The notes under the pieces are model-generated. The model made no database searches. It was not told the origin of the DNA and saw only the letters and a program-made list of their open reading frames with translations. The translations under genes were made by a program, and so were the position numbers. Positions 28,897-41,136 of a stretch of 64,000 nucleotides of DNA are shown piece by piece (position 1 is the stretch's first letter; each line of letters begins with the position of its first letter). This stretch comes from Geosiphon pyriformis uo1 (lineage: Eukaryota > Fungi > Glomeromycota), in the NCBI GenBank assembly GCA_016748015.1, contig JAAOMT010000602.1:1-64000 (forward strand), given 5' to 3'.

Positions 28897-29935
28897 AATA
28901 TATTGCCAAAAATATCACCAGTACCACGTTCAGCTTCTAAAATCCGCGTACAATAAATGTCTTTTGCTATTTGTGCAAATTCTTTTAATGTATTTGCTTG
29001 ATCAGTGTTAAGCGGTTTAAGACCGTTATCATTTGCTTTTTTGGTCGTATTTTTTTTAGCTTTAACAAATAAGTTAGTATATTTGTTTGTGGTGGTATGA
29101 GAGAGTCTTGATAAATTTGTGGGCTGTAAAGGGTAATGTTCAGATTCGACCTTTGAAATTCAATAAGTCATCTGATAAAGCAGCTTCTAGAATAGTTGGT
29201 TCAACCTTCATATCATTAATTGATGAAATAAAGTTATCGAAATTAATATCAGGGGTGATAAATGTTTGATTCTAGGAATTGGGGATGCTTCGTTTGAATT
29301 ACTCGGTACTTGCTCTATTGAATACTGCTCTGGAATTCCTAAATTCGCAGCTATGTTATCTTGACAAAGTTTCCCCAATTTCTTTTTGATTTAAAGGATT
29401 ATTTTCTAATAACGAATCTTGACTTAAACTTGAATCTGATGGAAGAAAAGCGATATCAAATTTTTGGTTGGCTTGTGAATCTATTGGTGACGCCTGGACT
29501 ATTACACTGAAGAAATATACTAATATAAAAACGAACATAATAAATATTTTCTGCATTGATACTTTTTGCAACAACTTTAATTTGGAACAGGTAGATTTCA
29601 AAAAGTGGGTAATTGAGCGTGGATAGCTAATTAACTTGATTAAAGATTCAAGGCTGGGTGTTTTGAAATAAAATTTCCAAATTTCAATTATGGATTCTCC
29701 GAATCTTTGTTGAATATTTGGCGAGATCATAGACTATATAATCATTATTTGAAATAGTTATCTTACTCATTTACTGTATTTAGTTGTATTTTATTATAGA
29801 ATGATCAAATATAATGAGGAAGATATAATCATTTGCGAAAGAAAATCAATAAGAATTTAAGCGAAAAATGGTCAATTAAAGCAAAGCTAAATACAATAAA
29901 ATCATAAATGCATCCATATTTAACTTTGGCTTAAT
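28897..29935 (-). pseudogene. Truncated duplicate of the promoter and exon 1 of the lipase at 30662-32149
   Basis: Near-identical to ~31580-32530, with frameshifting indels (~29270, ~29355) and an extra 94 nt at 29077-29170. Homology stops at the end of exon 1. Confidence 0.9.
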
Positions 29936-30661
29936 AAATTGAATTTTTGTTTAAAGTTAATTTTTCAAAAAATAATTTTATCAAAAGATTTTTAAGTGAT
30001 TCTAATAAAAACTCTTGATTTTTCTTATTTTTCATAGAAAAAAGTTTTATAATTCTGTGCTTTTCTTATAAATTTAAATTTATTGTACTAACCTATTAAG
30101 AAACTTATTATGTCAAAAAAAGTTAAATTTATACCTAATGTGTGTCTGAGCAACATTTGTCATTCAAAAATTCTTCCAAAAAGCTTAATTTCAGAGAGAT
30201 TAATACCCAAAAGAAACTATTTAATCAAAAACACAAATTTGTTAACCGAATGAAATTTACTTTTATATTCTTTAAAACATTTACTGAATACTTTTTATTA
30301 GAAATTTTCAAATTCATTAAAGGTACAAACTGCTTAACTTAATTTATTTATCAGAAAACATCAATGAAACATTATATTTATCGCTTCGAATGAAAAGTAT
30401 CAAGTTTCATTGAATATAATAAATTTTAAAATAAAAATGTAAAATATATCTACATTTTGATTTTATGCGATTATCAATGTTAATTAAGTGTATTTTGGCA
30501 AAAAACTCTTAATTTATAATTTAATAAATAATTCGCCAAATTCTCGATATTATTCATATATCAGTTGATAAGCAAGTTTGACAATTTAATTATTTTATTT
30601 ATTTAAATGTGCTATACTTAATAATTTAGCTTGATTGATAGATTTATACAAAAATCACTTT

Positions 30662-32149
30662 TCAACCCGTTTTTATATGATTTAGAAATCTTGCCTCAGG
30701 GTAATTATTACAATTGTCAAAATTTACATCGAAATATGGACCAATATGATCATATTTAACCTCGACTTTATCTTTATTGATACATTGCTAATGGTTGTAA
30801 TTAAATGTTTGAGGTTAGAGTGACTTCGAGATATCATAAATATTTATCACAAACAAGCTTTGATCCTGAATAATTACCTCACTCTCTGTAGACAATTGGC
30901 CAGAAGATTTGTTAATCGGACAAGAGGTAACTGTTGCTCGCGTTCCTGCTTTATTCATATAAATCTCAGTACCGGCATGTACATAGTATTCGGATTGGTA
31001 TTTAACTGGTAGCCGGGGTATGGGATCATGACCAACAGTGAATCGTAGCACACGAGCTGACTTTTCAGCGGCTGCTGCAAGTGCAGCATTACAAAATCGT
31101 GGTTGACCAAAGGTGTATACATTGATCTCAACAGTTGGTAATGACCGGCGTAAGGCCAGTGCGGCTAACTGCGCGAAAACTAGGAAAGTTTACAAATTGG
31201 TTATATGATTAAAGATTTAATATCAAACTAAAATTATTTTGCCATACCACCACCAGTACCATATCCGATAAATCGAATAATGACTCCAGGTATTTGTGAA
31301 ATGACATCTACCAAATTCGATAATAATTCCTTTTGCCAATTGAGAAAAGTTTCATAGAATCCAGTGTGAACTTGAGCATCAGAAATTTTAGGATAACGAG
31401 TGAAATCGGCATGGGGTTCTTCTAAGTAATAATCTAAATAATTTTCATTTCCAGAAAAACTATATAAAATTCCCATATTTGAAAATGTCATCCTTACTAG
31501 AAAAAAAAGGATATCATATATCAATTAGAAATTTCGATTTTATAGAAGCATCATGTTATTTCCTAGAAATTTAAAATTTTCCATTACCAAAAATATCACC
31601 AGTACCACGTTCAGCTACTGAAATCCGGGTACAATAGGTATCTTTTGCTATTTGTGCAAATTCTTCATAAGTATTTGCTTGATCAGCGTTAAGTGGTTTA
31701 AGACCGTTATCATTTGCTTTTTTGGTCGTATTTTTTTTAGCTTTAACAAATAAGTTATCTGATAAAGCAGCTTCTAGAATAGTTGGTTCAACCTCCATAT
31801 CATTAATTGATGAAACAAAGTGATCGAAATTAATATCAGGGGTGATTAATGCTTGATTTCTAGGAATTGGGGAGGCTTCGTTTGAATTACTTGATACTTG
31901 TTCTATTGAATACTGTTCTGGAATTCCTAAATTCGCAACTATATTATAAAATTCTGACAAAGTTTCCCCAATTTCTTTTTGATTTAAAGGATTATTTTCT
32001 AATAACGAATCTTGACTTAAACTTGAATCTGATGGAAGAAAAGCGATATCAAATTTTTGGTTGGCTTGTGAATCTATTGGTGACGCCTGGACTATTACAC
32101 TGAAGAAATATACTAATATAAAAACGAACATAATAAATATTTTCTGCAT
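30662..32149 (-). CDS. Secreted class-3 lipase-fold protein lacking the catalytic Ser
   Basis: Four exons encode a signal peptide (MQKIFIMFVFILVYFFSVIVQASP), a long propeptide, then AQVHTGFY, FIGYGTGG, VYTFGQPR, HDPIPRLP, YVHAGTEIY and DHIGPYFD...KTG*. Confidence 0.88.
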
Positions 32150-33717
32150 TGATACTTTTTGCAACAACTTTAATTTGGAACAGGTAGATTTCAAAAGTGG
32201 GTAATTGAGCGTGGATAGCTAATTAACTTGATTAAAGATTCAGGGCTGGGTGTTTTGAAATAAAGTTGCCAAATTTCAATTATGGATTCTCCGAATCTTT
32301 GTTGAATATTTGGCGATTTCATAGACTATATAACCATTATTTGAAATAGTTATCTTACTCATTTACTGTATTTATTTGTATTTTATTATAGAATGATCAA
32401 ATATAATGAGGAAGAAATAATCATTTGCGAAAGAAAAATCAATAAGAATTTTAAGCGAAAAATGGTCATTTAAAGCAAAGCTAAATACAATAAAATCATA
32501 AACATTTCTATATTTCATTTTGGCTTAATAAAATCTAGAAGTAATCTAATGCTTCAAAGATTATAAAACTTCCAGGTTTATAGACAAGATTTGAATATTT
32601 GGTGGCTCTAACAAAATATCTGATCTTTTTAAAGATTCGTAAGGGATCGAGTCTTTGCAATTAAAACATCGTTGGACTCAAAATATTTATTTTGTGAATC
32701 TCCCAATTTCCAAAGATTTAAATACGCCTTTCGTCACTCAATTTTTAATGAATCAATCAGCTTATCTGTCAGCTAAATCTCAAATGTTTTACGTTAGAAT
32801 TGTTTCTTTGTGAAAAAATTAAGAACTCTAGCTAGGTTAAAGTACAAATTCCGGTTAGGAGCAAAATACTTTTGAAATTTTTTTTTAGTAAAAATTAAAA
32901 TATCTATCAAACAAATCTTGAAACCCAATTTAAAAGTTGCAATTTTGTGAATTAATTACAACTCACATTATGTAAATTAATAAGTCTGTTCTCAGTAATT
33001 TAAACTTCAATCTAAACTTCAAAAGTTAATTATTCAAACTATTTTGACTTTTGTTACAAACTTTAACCTTTTTTTTTTGATAAATTTAGTTAATAATAAA
33101 AAGTAATATTGTATTAAATTACATTTTCTATAGTAAAATATCTTAAACACTATTAAAAAAAATAATTCTCTTTCTGTAATTATCAACAATAGGCAAATAA
33201 TTCTTTTTGCAATATTTAATAAAACTATAAAAAACAATCAATTAAGAATTTAAATATTTGTAAACTGATTTTATTTTTTTATTGTTTGATAACATTTTAA
33301 AAATTCTCAGTTTTTAAAAATTATTTTGGAAAATAAAATATTTATTGATTTATTTTATTATGTTAATGATAAAATTTTTAATATTTACAAAATATTACTT
33401 TAAAACCAAAAATTTAATATCATGCTTTATTATATTTGTAAAGTGAAAAGATTATTAGAAGGGAAAGTAAGAAATTAATAGATAGTAAAGTATTAAAAAA
33501 AAAGACAATAAATAAAATCGAGTAATAAATGCAAAATAGAGCAAATTAAATATAATAAGCTATTCAAATATAAATTTTAATTAATAAAAAATAAAAAATA
33601 TAAAAATAGTTTATAAATACCACATATTTAATATAATTTATGTTTCCGTAGAATTTAATATTAATATTGTTTATTTAAAAATTGTTTTATAACTTTTAAA
33701 AAAAATTCCTTAAACTC

Positions 33718-33719
<2 letters not shown>

Positions 33720-33750
<31 letters not shown>
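33720..33750. repeat. (AAT)n microsatellite
   Basis: Pure AAT run at the edge of an AT-rich relic block (~33000-33760). Confidence 0.9.
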
Positions 33751-34541
33751 TAAAAATATTTTTATTTCATGAATTTACATTCTACTTCACAACAATCCAA
33801 ACATATTATAATGATTTCGTTTTTTCTTCAAATTCAGAAACGCGGCCAATACAAGGTTTTCAATTTAAAATTATTTTAAAGAGATTGGTATAATAAAATT
33901 TAAGCGTATGTTCTTTATATTATTAATTTCGAAATTGTTTACACGCACAGTTTTGTATTGTGCTATATTTTGGCAAAATTTAAAATAATTTATATTTCAA
34001 ATTTGAACTCGTATTAACTTGAATTTATTTCAAAATTTCACAAGAATAAGATTTAAATATTTAAAATTATTGTGTCATAAGACTTTAGGAAACCTAGAAT
34101 TGAAATAGCCCTAATCAAAAAATTGATGGACAATGAGAGATTTACTTATTTGAATAAATTATAGAGGTTTCAATTCAGAACAATAGATGAAAAAAAGTTT
34201 TTATTGCATCACAATTCTATGTATGCTTCTTATGTTCGACAAAATTAACGGCCGAGGAATAGGTTTAGAGAATAGTGCTTTTTTGTGATATTTCATTCAG
34301 AGTTTAGTATGCTTTGAAGAACTGAATAAAAAATTTTAGTCTTCTCAAGCTCGGTGAAAAGCCATAAAAACATCCCTGACCTGCAACTTTGCAGTAAAAC
34401 GCTTAATAAGCCGCTTAGTCATCGATTATTTCAGAGGGCTTTTACGTTATTTGTGCATCCAGAGAATTTTTCGAATTTAAGCTATTATTTACACGGCAAT
34501 TAAATATGACGAGTTTTTGATGTTCCTTCCCTCCAGAATGA

Positions 34542-36143
34542 TTATCTTGCAACTCTACCTGGTGCACCTGGCCCGAAACCACGAGCAAGCTCGTAGCGGA
34601 AAGCTTCTTCCTCAGAATCCCCAAAATTTATCGCTATTTTACAAGGGCCATCGGCTCCAATTGAAGGGAACCATGTTTGCTTAAGATTTGTGTATGCGAT
34701 GCCCAGTGATGATCCATTTAGAGTGAAAAATATTGAACCTGTATAAGGGTAGTAGCCACAACCAATTATGTCGCCTACTTTTCCAAACGTGGGACCATAC
34801 AGTTCACCACCACTGTGTGAATTATGAAGTTTGTGACCATTGTCAGAGTGGTAGCTTACTGAGTGTGGATGCCATCCAACCAAACTTTGAAAATAAAGAA
34901 TAAGAATTTAGTAACTTTCAAACATTCTAAATTGGCAGTCAAAAAATCTATCAAATGTTAAACTTTTGAAATTTTTTGATGGGAAAAATTTCAATAAAAA
35001 TACAAACCTATTTGAGGGATATGGCTTGGATGACAATCCTATAGCTATTGTTGTTTTAGTTGGAGTTGGATTTGTTAACACATTAATCTCAAAATAATGC
35101 AAAAGATTGTTTGTATCGATTAGATTGACCATCTTGGCTTTGGTAGGCACAAAAAGTGGGTAATTTGTTTGCACCGTGATATTCACACCCTTTGCGGGAT
35201 GAAAAACAATTACTCTCGGTTCAATTGTAACTGGGGAATGTTGTCCATTAGCCGGTTTTAAGTCTTTTGTAAATTTCCATGCTCTTGCTCCTCCTAATGA
35301 AAGGATGTGTTCTTGATGAACTTCAGGTGGTAAGTTAAGGTTCTGTGTAAATGGAGGGGATTGTTCTTCAGGGTGATGAAGATGCGCAGGAGAAGGTATA
35401 TCCAATGGAATATCGGGAGGGATATAAGCAGGTGGGGCTTCAGTTGAATCCCCATATGGTCGTTGTGTTGATATTGGTCTTTGATATAATGGGGCCAATG
35501 TGCCTTGTGAAGTTGACAAATAGGATAAATGTGCTGGACTTGGAGGCGGAAAGAGCTGTTCATGTTCACTACTTGGGATTGTAGAATATATTTGAGAATG
35601 AGGATTTTGATCCAGTGAAGGCCTTGAATATCCTTCGTTATTTGAAGGTGGAGAAGAATAAATATTTTGTTGTGGTGCCACCCCATACAGGTTACTAATA
35701 TTTTCACTATCGTTAAGATGTGATGAACTCCAATTCCCACCAATGTTATGTGCCGTATGCTGTGCTGTCTCATCCTCTTTCGAGGATTTTCTTAAAGCAC
35801 AGCATCGATAAATTCCCCAAGAGATGATGCATAAAATAATGAAAGCAAGCAAAATAAAAGTGAGAAGACATAGGTTGCCACATTGCCGATTTTCTTGATT
35901 GGATCCATAATACCAAAATACCCAATGACTATTTGAATTAGAGCGATAAGAACTTGAAGAGCCGAAACTAGTTCGACCACTGCTTGATGATGGGCTGCTG
36001 CTGCTCGTAGTAGTATCACCAGCTTTGGAAAAGACAAACTTCGGACACGCAAAAAAAAGAATTGAGAATCGGTAAAATTGATATTCTTTCTGAGGGTTTG
36101 TTAGCCTAACTAATTTTTTTATTACATTTGATTTTGAAAACAT
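34542..36143 (-). CDS. Ssh4/Ear1-like single-pass SPRY-domain protein (probable Rsp5 adaptor)
   Basis: TM segment LCLLTFILLAFIILCIISWGIY, a Pro-rich linker with PPAY, and SPRY motifs VQTNYPL, YFEINV, IAIGL, VGWHPHSVSYHSDNG, GDIIGCGY, FFTLNG and FPSIGADG. Intron 35007-34885. The start codon is uncertain. Confidence 0.88.
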
Positions 36144-38866
36144 TTTTAAGTTGATAAAAAGCTTTGAAGCCTAAAAGAAAATGGAAGTTAGCAATTTGTT
36201 CAATAAAGCTAACTTAATTTATCAATTTGCTGTTACAAATATCAAAAAAATTTCACATAAAAATTTTTAAATAAAAATTTTACAGGTTGCCAACTCCAGC
36301 CTTTATTTATATATTATCGGAGTTTTCGAACATGTAAATTATTTAAATGTGTAATGTTACGAATATGTAACATTTTTGCTACATATATAAGTCAACTGAC
36401 CAGAAACAGGAAAATCTTTATATTAGATTTCGGTTAACAAGAGTACTTTTTGCCGTCAAAAAATCGAAGTTCAAAAGATAATATTGATTCTCACATTGCA
36501 CAGTTTAAAATCTCAACTCTATTAAAATTATAGTCTTTTTACTTTAGCGAAACATTACATTCCATTTGTGCAAATGTATATAGTCTTTATAGAAGGGTAT
36601 AATCAACACCAACCAAATTTCTCGATGATTTTATTATTTAATTCGCCCATTGATTTGTTGAATGTCCTTCCATTGAAGCTATAAATTCTGACAAAAAGGA
36701 ATTTGATTTACTCTATGAATAAAGGAATCCATTCGAGGAAAATATTTGTCAAAGCTTTAAACTATTAGACAAATTATATGTAATTTTAAACACTAAAAAG
36801 AACTAGCAGATTTAACGGCGATTGTTTACTCCCGAACATGATTCATGTACGGTTTTTTATCCGAATCAAGTAAAAAAAATCAGTTGGGTTTAGTTTTCAA
36901 ACCGGGAAAACCCGGAGATATCAATAATATGATTTGGATTTCCTCATGTAAGCTCCTGCATTCCCATTGTTATTAAAAGGAATTCAGGCTTTGATGTCAT
37001 ACTATTTTAACTTGTGGTAATAACCATTTTGCCAAACGGTAAAATCCTGGGATTAAGCTAGCACAAATTTTTGTGTTGTATATCGATTCACATTTAAATC
37101 ATGTCATTGCCTAAAATCGTCTGTGATACATATATCTACACAAATGTATATATAATCGATGCTTTATATCTTCATTTAAAGGAAGTTTTAATATAAAAAT
37201 AGTGTAGTCTTTATACAGGAACGTGAATTAATATTTGTATTTACTGACATAATTAAACTTATCATTTACGAAGTTTAAGTTAAAAGGCTGAATAAATAGT
37301 TCAATAAACTTATAAATATCAATATAAAATTTTTATGAAATTATCAAATTAACAAGTTTTTTAATTATTTTGTAAATGTCAAAATATTAAAATAAAACTC
37401 AATAAATATATTGCTTTTTAAAATATTTTAATCCTAAATTTGGTTGAAATGTGAAAAAGTATTTTTTAAGTATTAGCATTTTATTTATTTATTTTTTGTA
37501 ATTATAATTATAAAATTATTCTGATTTTGCTATTTTTTAATTGAACTCAACTACTAAAAGAATTAAGGAAAAAATTTCAATAGAAAATTTATTATGCAAA
37601 CCATTTTTTTTGAAATATTAAAAGCAAAAATGTACTAATTTCTCATTTATTTTGTGCTTATTAATTATGTCAAGTTTTTAACCTGTATTAGTGTTTTATA
37701 GAATTAAACTTGTAAAGACCAACAGAATAGAAACTCATTTGCAATGCTCAGTTTGAAATTCTTTCTCAAGATAAATTAGTCTAATGACCTATTTTGATCT
37801 GTTTCAGCCAACAATTTCAATGTATGATAATATGCCTCAGGCGAAGGAACCTAGGTTCAGCCATTTGGAATTAACCGAAAACCAAAAAGTGATACAAAAA
37901 CATCATATTTCGCGACCCTTGTTTCACTACGTCTACATCATCATCAAACGTTCTATTGTAGATTTTGACTGAAGGTTCCAATTTTTCTCCGGGTATTATT
38001 GAAGTAGTGACCTGGGAAAACCACTGAAAGTTTTTGTTTTCGCTCGTCCATTACGAAAATATATTCTGACTTTGGTTTTGCCTGGCTGGTCTGAGAAGAT
38101 CTTGAGTTGGAATATGGTTGGCTTGAAGCTATTAATTAATCTATTTCGTTATGGTTAGATTTAACTTAAGGAAACATCAGCAAAAAATATAATAAGATGA
38201 GGGGAACAAATAGTCTTTTTTAATAGGAATCTTAAATAATACTCCCAGCTTCAGAGTTTTCGAAGAGTGCGAAATTATTAACTTATCTTCATTTTTAAAT
38301 ATTTTAAACATTTTAATACATAAAGTTTAGGATTTTTTTTAGGATCGCACAATATTTTGTAAGTTAAATAATAAATTTACTCGTAGCTAATGTTTTAAAC
38401 GTAAAGAAACTTTTGTTCTTATATTGAAACAACATTTCTCGCTATTTATTTTACGCCCATTAGCTTTTCTCAAGGTATTGCCAGATCTATACCCGATTAA
38501 GCAAAAGTTCGTCAAGTATTCATCACTATAATTTTTACCCCTGATATGATATATTTATATCTTAAATTAATCATTTTTGCTTATGTTTTTGAGTTTATAT
38601 TAATCTGAAATCTCTTTTTCATCTTTCTACGTCGCGTGTTAAGAGAAAGAAAGGTAAAATGAGTTGAAAAAATTCGTATCTTTTTGTGTCGGAATCTGAC
38701 GAATATATATTTTTGTCGTATTTCCTGCACAACTATTTTGGAGATGTTGGATAGATACCTTTTGATTCCGGAAAATGAGACAATCTTGTTTTTCATCAGG
38801 ACATGCCTCACCATAATGTTTCTCGCCCTTTTTGTGTTCTTTTTTTTTCGCCGCGAGAGAAAGCTG

Positions 38867-39446
38867 ATGACTTCTCCAGTTACCCCAGCTACTTCAAAGC
38901 AAAAGTGTGAGTTTTTAAATTTCAAATATTTTCAAGTAATCATTCCATCTAAGACCCCCACAGCGGTTAGTGTTGTTTCTTTTCCTAATATACCAGCTCC
39001 AGTTGCACCGTCTACTTCTTTTTGGGTTCCAATGAATCAGAAACCAAAAGTTATCCATTCACCTCCACAGCGGGTTATCACTCCATATGGTGATGGTTCA
39101 TTAAATCGAGGCAAGTTTTCCAAGAACTCTTGTTAGATAAAGTAAATCAATATATTTACTTCAGATTTTTATCTTTTAAATATTCGATATAGTTAGAGGA
39201 TCACACAAAGAAAAGGATTTCAAAAGGCTTGGCTGTCAAAAATGTGCATCTGGTCAGCATATTAGAAATGATCACCGCCATCGCTTTCACTGTGAGGCTT
39301 GTGGTCGCCACATTATCGGCTACTATGCTTACAAGAAACATTGTCTTCAAACCCACGGGGTCATTAAAGACCAAGACTCTATCAAGGACACGAGAGAATC
39401 GAAAAGTTCATCAAAAATGGGAAACGAGAAATATGGCAAATATTAA
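38867..39446 (+). CDS. Small C2H2 zinc-finger protein (2 exons, GC-AG intron)
   Basis: Exon 1 ends at 39110, followed by intron 39111-39192 (GCAAGT...ATAG). Exon 2 reads in frame: RLGCQKCASGQHIRNDHRHRFHCEACGRHIIGYYAYKKHCLQTHG...KY* (C-x2-C-x12-H-x4-H). The start is uncertain. Confidence 0.65.
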
Positions 39447-39957
39447 AGTTAAATATTAGACAACTATTAAAAATTTGGAATGGGAGAAAATGTTTTTTAC
39501 TAAAATACTGATGTTACCTAAACTTGAAAAGATTAATGTTTTACTTTTTTAGCATCTTTAAAATGATCACTAAAATTGATAGAGAAATTTCTGTTGGCGC
39601 GTTGTTAGCGGGGAGCTACTTGCTCAAATAATTTAGGCCGTTATGATATGCAGGACCGAAGCTTTGGTATGAAAGATTGCCGACCTTGAGCCAGAAAATT
39701 TTGTTGTATTTTATTGTCTAACCATCCGGGAATTCTAATGTGGTTATTATTTACTAGCTGGTGATTTAATTTAGTAACTTAATATCTAAGATATGCCTAT
39801 TATCTAGGTTGATAGTCAGAAAAAAATAATTTATTATCGATCTAACCCTTTCCTGAAGTCCAGAGAAAAATTCCTCTAGCGCCATTTTAATTCTATCCTA
39901 CAATTTCGGGATTTATATATCTTTGGACCCTCCGATGTTTTGAATATTTCCAAAGAT

Positions 39958-40106
39958 GATAACCGAAAAACAAGAAAAAACAGTTCTAAAGATGCTTGGC
40001 TACATTATTGATTTCGACAACGTTTAATAGCCAAAGCAGAGGAATTAGGAGTTCATGTTATTACCAAAATGAAGCTTATACGTCCAAGACTTGCAGTTTG
40101 TGTGGT
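39958..40106 (+). mobile_element. Fanzor2/TnpB (IS607-type) nuclease fragment
   Basis: Reading across small indels gives NRKTRK-TVLKMLG--HY*FRQRLIAKAEELGVHVI-QNEAYTSKTCSLCG, i.e. the RuvC alternative-Glu motif and first zinc-finger CxxC. It aligns at DNA level with 45072-45222. Confidence 0.85.
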
Positions 40107-41136
40107 ATCTCAAAAGGAGGAATTATAATTATATCAAATTCATGAGTGAAAAAAGCAATAGTCTTTCTGTGTATCTCATTTTGTGAGTGTTTAATGGTTC
40201 GTTAAATATATTTTAATTAGACTACACTTTATATTAGTATTGAAAAAAAATTGTAATTTATTAAATAATAATAATAATATGGTTTTCAATAAATATTTTA
40301 ATTTATAAAATAATATATTAAAAAATATAATGATACAATCATAAATTTCTTATAAACCTAAATAATAATAATGGTTTAAAAAATTATGACATTATATGAA
40401 TTTTTATTTACTTCAATTATTTCTTATGAACTTGTTATTATATTAATTTGCTTAAAATTTAAAAATGGTATTTTTAATAAAATAAAAATTATTATTATTA
40501 ATAATTAAAAATGGCTTTTCAATTAACTTTAATCTTAACAATAGTTGTAATTTTATAAATCATTTTTTTACAATAATTATTAATTAAAAACAATTGCTTT
40601 TATTTGTAAATTCAAAATATTCACTAATTAACTAATATTCTGATAATAAATAATAATTATTAATTTATTTAATTAAAGATTTTTTTGTAAAATTTTCTTT
40701 AATATGCTTTAATAAGTGTAAGCTAACCACTATATATATAGATACAATATGTACATGTTCTAAAATAAATGCAGCTCATGCACTCTTTACACGTGACAAG
40801 CCATCAAAAATCATTTCAAAAAAAGTACTTTTTAAAATTAATTAATATTTTGTTATTAATTACAATTATATATAATTGATAATTTGACTCATTTTTATAA
40901 AACAATTTTTTAATACTATTTGAAGAGTAATTTTTTAAAATTGAAAGTTGTAAATTAATTGTAATTAATTACAATAATTGCATATTATTGTTAATAATTA
41001 CTAAAATTGCAGTAATTGCAAATTATTTAATGGATTACAAAACAATTTTGCAGGAAATTGGTTAGGCGTGTTAAAGAAGTGTATTAAAAAAGGAGAGATC
41101 AACTATTAACTCAAAAATTATATTATCTAAATTGAT

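Noticed and set aside
35294-36052. Overlapping or antisense ORFs inside real genes (also 17277, 19947, 26676, 31867, 50550, 53034)
   Set aside because: These are shadow frames of better-supported CDSs.
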